Virus record (IMG/VR): IMGVR_UViG_3300035145_002419
Coordinates: 1-64,000 of that record
Reading direction: 5' to 3' (one strand)
Length of the DNA stretch: 64,000 nt
Origin: a virus
The notes under the pieces were generated by a model. The model was not told the DNA's origin, made no database searches, and worked only from the letters and a program-made list of their open reading frames with translations. Below are positions 28,201 through 34,703 of the stretch, in pieces (position 1 is the stretch's first letter; the number at the start of each line of letters is the position of its first letter). The position numbers and the translations under genes were made by a program.

Positions 28201-29053
28201 AATAGATGATGGTGGATTTGGATATGTTACTGCCCCCGAGGTAAGTATTTCAAATCCTGTAGGACTTGGCACTACCCACAGAGCATATGCAACTGCGACA
28301 ATTTCACCAGAAGGTGTTGTTGATTCTATTATTATTACTGATGGAGGATCTGGATATGATCCAGATGCTGTCGCAGGTTCAGCTACTGCTCCAATAGTTT
28401 TAATTGAACCACCACCATTAAAAACTGAAGATGTAAATGTTGGAACTTTTAGTGGAGATTCTGGTGTAATAGTTGGATATGGTATTACTGGTGAAGATCT
28501 GACACTTGATTTACATATACCAACAACTTCATATTTACGGGATGCTTCTATTTCAGGTCTCGCAAAAACAGTTAGTACTCTTGATGTAAACGATTACTTC
28601 ATTGTCTATAATTCAAATGTTGGATCTGCAAGCACTAGTTTTGAGTCTTTAAATAATGCTAATGGTATTATCGGTGTTTCTACACAGTTTATTGATAGTG
28701 TCTACTTTGTTTCAAATGCTCAGGATGTTGCAGTTAATGTTCCTGGAATTGGAGCAACTACTGTTAGAAGAGTAACTATGAAAGTGGGTGTTGGTGCGTT
28801 TGGTGTTGATTTCAGTATTGATAGCGAATCATTTGATTCCAGTGTACTTGAATTTAGTTCTGCGACAACCAATCTTAATAGTGTTGGATTTACATCTTCA
28901 TCCTTCTTCGGAAACTATAGTTGGGGTAAGATAGAGACTGCAGGTACTTTAAATTCTTACAATATTTACAATAACTCTGGTATTGGTGGAATAACAACTT
29001 CAGTCAATGTAAACCGCACAAGTCCACTTAAATATATTAACTACACAAGTTAA
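16298..29053 (+). CDS. gp7: giant baseplate wedge initiator (gp7-like), 4251 aa
   Basis: N-terminal QLPDFV..FLKQYY, FYTSKGT..SFKILFRALYGE; internal DNDYYQQFSYALKS; lies between gp6 and gp8. Confidence 0.8.
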   Translation: MSETRVKIQSVVQNQLPDFVAEESPLLVEFLKQYYISQEYTSGSSDIIQNIDEYIKLDNNYNTADSTTLLFDITSFDETITVVGGSFTDGFPDRYGIIKIDDEIITYTSKTNRTFEGCVRGFSGVESYHKDNHPEELVFASTDASSHKANAKITNLSSLFLKEFLTKIKRQFLPGFSDRKLSSGLNQNLFIKQSKDFYTSKGTDRSFKILFRALYGENVDIVKPKDYLFRPSDAGYRKTRDIVVEAISGDPISLLNNTLYQDEYEEYGVKTSYASITDVEKLQIRGKIFYQLSFDSDFNKDITLDGSIYGEFVTHPKTKIINEVILGSSVIDVDSTVGFPESGTLVYLDSSGDEVILTYDGKSVTQFYNVSGLQSNISPKTDVRLNIFAYGFSGNNGDKVTVRIGNVLDEIKILNDTYYFSKDDTAKIKTLGISRRTVRNSNWIDNIANNYLSKSIVEVDSASFIYDLELHVRHTFKAGDKFLATDDSGGSTICEVLDIKDSKTIVIQSVSPLDLDSILEISRFIRKVNSSIYPTLNENTADVQNTYTNYNDDVLVASNSLPFYRDQVLDPYDKKINISGNFNGELFTVTSNTDHGFYTGDRIYYSPFRESILDINTDEENVFTQSVSKFDTLDEGLYYVSRVDSTSFKLAKSPSNIVNNKFASVSGIVTSNTFSYYDFQGKTLQPQNIFREIKKPVDKSETYETNPGKVGILVNGVEVLNHKSSENIFYGQIDNIDVTASGTGYDVINPPSLSIEDSLGIGATGICAVTGSLERIEIIDPGFDYVNTPIINITGGNGNNAVAEVNMIDVDHISPFVTDDASKLNIFTNTIGFSTFHKFRDNEQVIYLSDGQTGVAGLTTDAKYYVSVIDALNIKLHKTEGDSISGINTITITDYGVGIHRFKSVEKKSIISNIIVSNSGEGYTNKQRTTTVSGINTAADTVNINSHGYSTGDEVKYSSSGLSVDGLTSDESYVIKKIDNDSFKIAQVGVGTIGKSFYLDSDQYINLKSVGSGVHSFNYPPIDVKVIGNIGISTLSGQDFSAKIQPIFRGSIDSVHLTANGSEYGSEEVINYNRQPNFALRSGKNAQLLVIVNTQGQIQEVLIVRGGSGYNSPPNLVINGKGKYAQLVPIIENGEIVKVIVKNGGVGYTSGTTVDVIASGQGARMFADIQKWTVNLFQKYFNTIKPDDGVISLSDRNDGGLQYCHLFAPRKLRQSLTAKSADSTNDVPDLVLKSIDDSNLFGVGDLKLANSEEVPSSDHSPIIGWAYDGNPIYGPYGYTTPKGGTARSMQSGYEPVSKPNRPNLTNFPQGFFIEDYEFKGSGDLDKHNGRFCVTPDYPNGVYAYFATISSGLVDTDGPFRGFKRPVFPYLIGNSFKSEPNSFNFKSSSNQKDYKLDKFEWLRNTSNYELKGSNSSYEYVYNPTEFEDQTVNIDNIRTGGVDSIGILTGGNNYRPLDSIIFDNGGSGGENAFARVSRVFGKSVNTISVGTTSFVNVEFANINNSGKVIGFTTLPHKFNNFDIANISGLNTSFSKIEGSYNLGIRTDNFITTLGINSVSVTGLTTYFYISGSLEFPNIKENDILGIGTQEKIKVLNIDKKSKRIRVLRQYNSTVGLAYSASTVLYEDPRKFVVNTGFKTDYSFQLNRELYFDPTEAVGVGTGTGVGIGTTISFSLPGIGATQVFVPAQSIYIPEHNVRTGDKIKYSTHGGSEITVSNGNINFALPQTQNLYATALDNNHIGISTVKVGLGTNGEYVGIGTGNAAGLLFFRDFGSGNNHSFTTLNSSIVGELSKNVVTVSTSSTHGLRSGNNIRLTNIPTDEQEVIVKYNDSNRRCTFGEITFTASDVNLFEDSIFIENHGLVKGEKVIYASATPVGGLISDEMYYVDVYTKDKIKLCATKIDLYLSIPNHVNMTSASGGTLSLVNPHLKVYKNKTIKFNLSDSSLSSSSGNTNYPAFELNFYRDINYLHKFDGTGKTRFFEVIKSDGKVGVDTSASTTLQINNDFDNTLFYKLDNINEDLISSVKKEILIDTDVHSANKITLIDSRYSGNHRITGIGSTTFTFDLSDYPEKDSYNKLNSNIFYDTKSLSSFGSISSVEIVSKGSKYEVIPGISTIKSDYGSGAILQAESKSIGRIAKKTLSNIGFDYPSDPTMSPTLNLPEIIKVESLTSFNSIGITSSGKNYLVAPDLIVIDGFTGKVITDLDLKYELGSTEVDIRKNTFGMYNVEPAIYPINNTNGVGISSITTDYTTKDVVIGIATVFSDNFPFRVGDDILIENTSVGPNSTGRGYNSSDYDYNLFKVTAINPAFGSNVATITFNLKEYFGATEMPGVFDAAASSGRVIRKGDFPLFTSKLKKNNFIEGENVFTESGSGKVEKWNSKTEYIKISTDKDLAVGETIIGQTSGTRAVVSKKIDFDSYIKVSPSTKVNKGWIYDAGMLNDSVQRISDNDYYQQFSYALKSRVPIQTWDDPVQSLNHTTGFLKFSDLLIESKEDGQGTAIINPNDASIDVTVDLVGTGNLNCVHTFDLASENSVQIANGTFSNEIKFDNRVLTDYFESVGNRVLTIDDFSDLFSHVPRATKYSIVEEFLLSTARVKKYFTFIRDKRFTGERQMMAVSLLHDNDYGFLNQYGRVESAIDLGSFDFSIFESLGQLRFYPNKFTVNDYDISTVSFNIADNIGITTNVSLGDIVKIESDRGIIPQGGTGPTNVVSIASTYRASKVLVQIGGTDGSYYEFDEINLLHDGTNVDIIEYGQLTDNSIFSAFGIAGLGTYIPRIVGNNVMIDYQLNSPINADLEINAIAVSIASTQSVGVGTDVLTTAEVKSGYVSIASSSSPVETVVSEYLSNHSSAYYVVSVEDTTNNDYEMFEVVVVDDGSTAYFTEFANISTNGTLGQIGAKVTGNATQLTYTANPNIDVEVRVFQNALGLVKTGVTKETIDVSNATITTPGENGLYEGTSKSVRKQFDLTHNQDPIFLRYFAGDSTSTINIDDNSIFLPNHFFTSGEELVYTHAGAGTTMAIGIGSTSIPGIGNTDKLPTTVFVHKVNESKIKLSPTAEDALKRRPNTLEFTSVGIGTSHRFLARNQNSKVLLAIDNYIQSPIVATSVTTSLSKNISSGDTRIEFTGITSFFGGDLIQVNNEIMKISVVGFGSTNSILVQRPWMGTGLTTHSSGDVVTRIEGNYNIVDSTVHFVDAPYGKDPVSSDSNPPLERDWVGITTNSKFQGRTFLRSGVQGSSNETYEDNYIFDDISGEFDGVQKNFRITAEKQDVAGFSTDFGIVLINGIFQGPPSQDEKEQDYTFIDNAGISSISFTGTATSVTYDVNNANIPVGGVIVSVASTQGFGFQPLVSAGGTAVVSAAGTISAIGIGNSGSGYRAGIQTVSVGIQIPDPIGTTIIPVGIASIVDGNVNSVAITTDRVFYAPKDVSNVTYNNTTGVTTITTSSNHDLLAGDEVIVSGIAFTCNYSGTEAVNVSNAIYDNVSGIMTVTTASAHNLSTTGKNSDVILTGLGFTCNLDSGGSTHVYPRVTDPAYCGSEVLNVISSTKFVINAGVSTVPTFYQSGGTAQPAILAPRSKNNSASGNDPAVDGTVVIRVIDDTSFEINSGISTREHFYARCGKINKPLDVVFDDPISYTNIPLVYSSSSVQGVGRNSTVDIVVGQGSSVVDFSIKNTGYAYGVGEILTVDIGGATGIPTDTTKSYSEFQLTVDKVYKDNFSGWVIGKLDHLDDFSEQFDGVTRSFPLKLNDQFVSIRAAKGSLIDVQATLIVFINDILQVPGESYTFEGGSILTFSEAPDAGDSVKVLFYKGTGDVDVAFRDILETVKVGDTLQLKNEPKLGQNIGLREDARVVTGINTTDSVNTNLYNGPGITNNDILLRPVEWCRQTSDRIIDGEVVGKSRIKYEPLINPSAYAISSVGIGSTTVYLDNVKPFFNPQNESDLRSFQNKVTFTSHDKVKIAVVDATVSAAGTITAITIDDGGFGYVTAPEVSISNPVGLGTTHRAYATATISPEGVVDSIIITDGGSGYDPDAVAGSATAPIVLIEPPPLKTEDVNVGTFSGDSGVIVGYGITGEDLTLDLHIPTTSYLRDASISGLAKTVSTLDVNDYFIVYNSNVGSASTSFESLNNANGIIGVSTQFIDSVYFVSNAQDVAVNVPGIGATTVRRVTMKVGVGAFGVDFSIDSESFDSSVLEFSSATTNLNSVGFTSSSFFGNYSWGKIETAGTLNSYNIYNNSGIGGITTSVNVNRTSPLKYINYTS

Positions 29054-29081
29054 TAATAAATAAAAGAAAACTCGATCTACA

Positions 29082-31403
29082 ATGGCAAGAGTAGCGATAA
29101 GCACTGGTACAATCCCTAATGATGGAACAGGTGATAATTTACGCGCTGCCGGTGGTAAAATTAATTCAAACTTTGATGACCTATACAGTTTTCTGGGAGA
29201 TGGAACTAATCTAACTCCCAGTTGGACTGTGAATTCTGTTGGTATCGTTACTACTGCTCATGTAGGTATCGGAACTACCAATCCAAGATTTCAACTAGAA
29301 ATTGGTAAAGTTGGTTCAGCGACAACAACATTACATGTTGATGGTGATGTTAGAGTTACTGGAAACGTAGTTTCTGTTGATGGTCAACTAACCAGTGCAG
29401 TTGCAGGTCTTAGTACCACGGGGCACACAATTCTCAACACTGTCAATGCATCAGGTATTGTAACTGCAGCAAATGTATCTACTGGTGGTTCTGTAACTGC
29501 TGGATCATTTTATGGTGATGGGCAAAATTTAACTGGGGTATTAAAACAAGAATCTGATACTCTTTCTAGTGTAGTTGCTAGAGGTGCTTCTGCCGGGGCT
29601 GGTATTAATTTCGCTGCAAACCAACCGATTACTTTTGCTACAGCATCTAATAATAACTTCCAAATTTATGGAGCACCAGATCAAAAAGCATATATTACTC
29701 ATGCCCAAAATGGTGGTGGAGGAGGTGCTGGAGATTTAGCTATTATTGCTAGAAGTGGACTCCACGTATACGGTGGAACTAACGACACAGCAGCAAACTT
29801 AGGTCTTGAAGTTGTATCTGGATATACTAAACTTTATCATACAGGAGATTTAAAACTTCAAACCACTGATCCTGGTGTAAGCATTTTTGGAACTACAGAA
29901 ACACAACAATTAAGTGTCACTGGTGTTTCTACATTTACTGATGATGTATCATTTGATTCTACTGTATCGTTTGGTTCTAGCACATCCGTATCATTTACTA
30001 ATGGTATTAATGTAACGGGTGTTTCTACTTTCCAAAGTCATGTCAATCTTAGTGATAATGACCGATTAAGATTTGGTGATAGTAATGATCTTGAGATTTA
30101 TCACAGTGGATCTCAAAATGTAATTGCAACTGCAGATTCGTTAGTTGTTGATACTGGCAATTTACTTTTGTTAGATAGTAATAGCGGCGTAAACATTAGA
30201 AGTGGTACTGGAAATGAATCTGTAGCAACTTTTACTCCAGGTGGTTCCGTAGATCTTTTCTACAACAACTCCAAGAAATTTGAAACCACTGGTGCTGGTG
30301 TAACTATTACTGGTGTATGTACAGCAACATCATTCTCAGGTGATGGTTCAGGATTGACGGGAATTACCGCATCTGGTTCTGGTGTTGTTGTACAGCATGA
30401 TGGTTCAGTTGTAGGAACGGCTGGAACTATTAATTTTGGAACAAACTTAGATGTAACAGCGATTTCTGCTGGTATTGTAACTGTTACTGCATCTGGTGGT
30501 GGTGGAGGAGGAATTAATAATCTTGATGAAGACACCACACCACAACTTGGTGGAAACTTAGATCTTAATGGGTTTAATATAACTGGTTCTGGTACTATAC
30601 CAGCACCAAATCTGACTGGTGCTCTGCCTGCCATTGATGGTTCTGCTCTGACAGGAATTGGAACAGCAAGCAGCACCGTCACTTGGACTTTAGGTGCAAA
30701 TGGTTCAAGTCATTATACCTTTGCTGGAATTGGCATAACTGCTGATACAACTAATGATCCAACAATATTCCTCCAAAGAGGGGCAACATATGCATTTGTA
30801 AATAATTCTGGAGGATCACATCCATTTAGAATTCAGCACGAATATCAAAATACTGGTGGGCAAGCATATAATGTAGGAGTTACTAATAACGGAGCAAGTA
30901 ATGGAACCATAACGTTCCAAGTTCCAATGAATGCCCCTAATAAACTTCATTATCAATGTACTTCCCATGTTGGGATGTCTGGAACTATCTTTATATCACC
31001 AGAAAATAACATTCCTGTTGGGCAAAGAACAGTTATTTCCAAATCAACTGGTAGTGTTGGTGCAGGATCTTCTACGATTATGTTCTTTGATGGATTTAAG
31101 TCATATGGTCTTCTAAAAGTTGCAATTAATCACCCCGCCTGGATCACTTTATATGTTGATAGTGCTTCAAGAACATCTGATAATGGAAGATCATATTTAA
31201 CAGACCCAGATCCAGGTTCAGGTGTTATAGCAGAAGTTAGATCGACCACTTCAGGATCTAGCACTTTCTTAATGTCTCCTGGCGTTATTGGTTGGAATAA
31301 TGATAGCACTCCAAGTGAAAAGATCTATGCAAGAGTTACAAATAATGATAACACAACAAGAGATATTACAGTTGATTTGACTGTAATCAAAATGGAGGGT
31401 TGA
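29082..31403 (+). CDS. baseplate-attached fibre-like protein
   Basis: gp9/gp10-like N-terminus (GTIPNDGTGDNLRAAGGKINSNFDDLY), G/T/S-rich body, C-terminal cupredoxin-like motif. Confidence 0.7.
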   Translation: MARVAISTGTIPNDGTGDNLRAAGGKINSNFDDLYSFLGDGTNLTPSWTVNSVGIVTTAHVGIGTTNPRFQLEIGKVGSATTTLHVDGDVRVTGNVVSVDGQLTSAVAGLSTTGHTILNTVNASGIVTAANVSTGGSVTAGSFYGDGQNLTGVLKQESDTLSSVVARGASAGAGINFAANQPITFATASNNNFQIYGAPDQKAYITHAQNGGGGGAGDLAIIARSGLHVYGGTNDTAANLGLEVVSGYTKLYHTGDLKLQTTDPGVSIFGTTETQQLSVTGVSTFTDDVSFDSTVSFGSSTSVSFTNGINVTGVSTFQSHVNLSDNDRLRFGDSNDLEIYHSGSQNVIATADSLVVDTGNLLLLDSNSGVNIRSGTGNESVATFTPGGSVDLFYNNSKKFETTGAGVTITGVCTATSFSGDGSGLTGITASGSGVVVQHDGSVVGTAGTINFGTNLDVTAISAGIVTVTASGGGGGGINNLDEDTTPQLGGNLDLNGFNITGSGTIPAPNLTGALPAIDGSALTGIGTASSTVTWTLGANGSSHYTFAGIGITADTTNDPTIFLQRGATYAFVNNSGGSHPFRIQHEYQNTGGQAYNVGVTNNGASNGTITFQVPMNAPNKLHYQCTSHVGMSGTIFISPENNIPVGQRTVISKSTGSVGAGSSTIMFFDGFKSYGLLKVAINHPAWITLYVDSASRTSDNGRSYLTDPDPGSGVIAEVRSTTSGSSTFLMSPGVIGWNNDSTPSEKIYARVTNNDNTTRDITVDLTVIKMEG

Positions 31404-31406
31404 TAG

Positions 31407-33095
31407 ATGTCCGACTTAAAAGAGTACGTCGTAACTTGTAGAAGTCGTGATGATTTAGACCAATTATATGATGATATGGAAACACCTGGAGGAAACCTAT
31501 ATATTCCTGACAGGGCGGTTGATTTAGTTCATAGGAGAGCAATCAGTCGTAATACTCATTATATGCTAACTGATGCTGAAGCAGTTGATGTTGGGAATGA
31601 TCCTAGAGTGCTTGCTTGTGAATTGACTGCAGAAGAACAAGGGTTTGTTCCTGATTATCTTTGGGAACAAACTGGTGATTTTGAAAAAACAACAGGTTCT
31701 TTAAATAGTGATGATAAGAACTGGGGACTTTATAGAGTTGTTGAAGGTGATACTGTAAGTAATTGGGGAAGTAACGGAACTACAGAAATATCAAACAGAA
31801 CTATTAGAACAACATTGTCTGGAAAAAATGTTGACGTTGTTATTGTTGATGGACATGTAAATCCAGATCACCCTGAGTTTGCAGTCAATGTTGATGGAAG
31901 TGGTGGAAGTAGAGTTAATCAATTTAATTGGTTTCAGTATAGTTCTGCATTAGGATATTCAACTAATGCAACATATACTTACAGTACTTCCGGCGCATCT
32001 CCAAATACAAATCATGGGACACACGTTGCTGGAACTGCTTGTGGAAATACTCAAGGATGGGCAAGAGATGCCAATATTTACAATATGGCATTTAGCAGTT
32101 CATTATCAGGTGTGTCTACTTGGGATTATAAGTTGTGGGATTACTTAAGATATTTTCATTTGAATAAAGCAATTAATCCTAATACTGGAAGAAGAAATCC
32201 AACTATAACTAATCATAGTTGGGGGTATAGTGGAACAAGATATTATTCCAATATAACTTCTGTAACCTATCAGGGAACAACTACAGATTTAAGTTCCATG
32301 ACATCTGCAGAAAGAAGAACTGCTTTGAATGATAGAGGATGTCCAACTAACGTATCATCTTCATATCTTTACAGAATGCCAGTGAGGGTAGCAGCTGCTG
32401 AAGCAGATATTCAAGATGCTTTAGACGAAGGAGTTATTATAATTTCTTCAGCAGGAAATAGTTATTTGAATTGTGCAATATCTACAGATAATGATTATAA
32501 TAATTCTATTGTTAACAGTGGATCGACAAATTATCATACTAGAGGATCTACTCCAGGTTCTGCGGATAATGTTATTTGTGTAGGATCCATTGGATCAAAA
32601 ACTGCAGAGTATAAATCAGGATTTAGTAACTGGGGATCTAGAGTAGATATCTGGGCACCTGGTAGTGATATCATTTCTGCCGTCTATGATCAGTCATCTG
32701 CAATTAATGAGGGATATGGTAGTGGATCAACTTTACCAGCAGACCCCAGAAACTCCAGTTATTACTTAGCATCTATCAGTGGGACTAGTATGGCATCACC
32801 ACAAGTATGTGGTGTAATAGCATGTCTTGCAGAATCAGAACAAAATATTAATCAAACGGATGCATTGAACTATTTGCAAGAAAATTCTTTACCTGAAGTT
32901 GGTGATTATGGTAATGATCCAATAAAATCTCCATACGAAGGTCTTGGTAGTGATACTGTCAATAGATATCTTTTCTTAAAGAAAAAGAGAGATGTGACAG
33001 GATCTTTTCAAAATAACACTTACAGAAATAGGAAACCTAGTGTGTCTGGTGTTAAATACCCTAGAAGGAACACTATGGTTACAAAAACCGTTTAA
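31407..33095 (+). CDS. subtilisin-like (S8) serine protease
   Basis: VVIVDG (Asp), NHGTHVAGT (His), SAGN (oxyanion Asn), SGTSMASP (Ser). Confidence 0.9.
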   Translation: MSDLKEYVVTCRSRDDLDQLYDDMETPGGNLYIPDRAVDLVHRRAISRNTHYMLTDAEAVDVGNDPRVLACELTAEEQGFVPDYLWEQTGDFEKTTGSLNSDDKNWGLYRVVEGDTVSNWGSNGTTEISNRTIRTTLSGKNVDVVIVDGHVNPDHPEFAVNVDGSGGSRVNQFNWFQYSSALGYSTNATYTYSTSGASPNTNHGTHVAGTACGNTQGWARDANIYNMAFSSSLSGVSTWDYKLWDYLRYFHLNKAINPNTGRRNPTITNHSWGYSGTRYYSNITSVTYQGTTTDLSSMTSAERRTALNDRGCPTNVSSSYLYRMPVRVAAAEADIQDALDEGVIIISSAGNSYLNCAISTDNDYNNSIVNSGSTNYHTRGSTPGSADNVICVGSIGSKTAEYKSGFSNWGSRVDIWAPGSDIISAVYDQSSAINEGYGSGSTLPADPRNSSYYLASISGTSMASPQVCGVIACLAESEQNINQTDALNYLQENSLPEVGDYGNDPIKSPYEGLGSDTVNRYLFLKKKRDVTGSFQNNTYRNRKPSVSGVKYPRRNTMVTKTV

Positions 33096-33128
33096 AACTT
33101 CTAATAAATAAATAAAAACTCCCGCAAA

Positions 33129-34697
33129 ATGGCTGCAATTATAACTGATCAACTTCGTATATTGAATGCAAATAATTTTGTAGTAGGTGTTGCTTCTACA
33201 AGTAATTCATATTATTCGTTTGTTGGTCTGCCAAACCCGAAAGATTATAATACAGGTTGGAATGTAGATCCACCATCTCCTACTGATAATTTCAGTGAAG
33301 AGAACGATTATTGGGATACAATGATCGCTTTGAAAAAAATAACAAAAAATGATGTAAGGCAAGTTGTTAGAAAATCAACTTGGACTTCAGGTATTACTTA
33401 CGACATGTATCGTGACAATATTAGCGTAAATGATCCAGCATTACCATCTAATTCTGTTGATCTATATTCTGCTAATTACTATGTTTTGAATAGTGATTTC
33501 AGAGTTTACATTTGTTTGAATAATGGAACCACTCCAGAAAATCCCTCTGGAAGACCTTCTTTGGACGAACCAACCTTTACTGATCTAGAACCAAGGGAAG
33601 CGGGAACCAGTGGTGATGGTTATATTTGGAAATATCTGTATACTATTAAACCAAGTGAACTTGTTAAATTTGATACTACTAATTATATCCCTGTCCCCCA
33701 AAAATGGGAAACAAATAGTGAAGATGCACCAGTAAGAAATAATGCAGCAACTAGTGGTCAAATTAAAGTTGTAACAATTAAAAATAGGGGAGTTGGTTTA
33801 GGAACTGCTAATAGAACTTATACGAGAGTTCCTATTAAAGGCGATGGATCAGGTGCTGAAGCAACAGTCATTATTAATAATGATTCAAAAGTTGATAGTG
33901 TAACAATTTCTAGAGGTGGTTCTGGTTATACTTTTGGAACTCTTGACTTACAATCTGGAGGTGTTCCAACTGGAACCACTCCTCCAACTTTTGATATTAT
34001 CATTCCACCTCAGGGTGGGCATGGTGCAGATATCTATAGGGAATTAGGTGCATATAATGTTTTATTATATTCCAGAATAGAAAATGATTCCCAAAATCCA
34101 GATTTTATAACTGGAAATGAAATAGCAAGAGTCGGTATTGTTCAGAGTCCTGTTAATTATGATGCAAGTGGAATTTTAGAACTTGACAAAGCAAGTGCTG
34201 TTTATGCACTCAAACTTGTGGGAACTGGATACAGTTCGGTTGTGTTTAATCCAGATGGACAGATCACACAAACGATTGGTGTTGGATCAACTGCTTTTGG
34301 TAGGGTCGTTTCTTATGATCAAAATACAGGAGTATTGAAGTATTGGCAAGATAAATTCCACGTTGGATTTAATACTGATGGGTCAAGAAATGCATCTCCA
34401 GAGTATGGATTTGAAATGCATAGATTCACTTCAGACATTGGTAGTGGTGGTTCATTAACAATTGTTGGTGGATCAAGTAACTTAGGTATTCAAAGCACTT
34501 TTGGTAGTGTTAGTAACCCAGGTATAAGTACAGTAATAAATAGTAGGACATACTATTTGGGTCAACAGTTTATTAAAGGTGTGTCCCAACCAGAAGTCAA
34601 AAAGTATTCTGGAAATATAGTTTACGTTGATAATAGACCATCGATTACACGGTCATCTAATCAAAAAGAAGATATCAAAGTTATTTTGCAATTCTAA
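33129..34697 (+). CDS. gp8: baseplate wedge subunit gp8
   Basis: MAAIITDQLRILNA, VYICL.N, DGYIWKYLYTI, QKEDIKVILQF. Confidence 0.88.
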   Translation: MAAIITDQLRILNANNFVVGVASTSNSYYSFVGLPNPKDYNTGWNVDPPSPTDNFSEENDYWDTMIALKKITKNDVRQVVRKSTWTSGITYDMYRDNISVNDPALPSNSVDLYSANYYVLNSDFRVYICLNNGTTPENPSGRPSLDEPTFTDLEPREAGTSGDGYIWKYLYTIKPSELVKFDTTNYIPVPQKWETNSEDAPVRNNAATSGQIKVVTIKNRGVGLGTANRTYTRVPIKGDGSGAEATVIINNDSKVDSVTISRGGSGYTFGTLDLQSGGVPTGTTPPTFDIIIPPQGGHGADIYRELGAYNVLLYSRIENDSQNPDFITGNEIARVGIVQSPVNYDASGILELDKASAVYALKLVGTGYSSVVFNPDGQITQTIGVGSTAFGRVVSYDQNTGVLKYWQDKFHVGFNTDGSRNASPEYGFEMHRFTSDIGSGGSLTIVGGSSNLGIQSTFGSVSNPGISTVINSRTYYLGQQFIKGVSQPEVKKYSGNIVYVDNRPSITRSSNQKEDIKVILQF

Positions 34698-34703
34698 AGA
34701 ATT

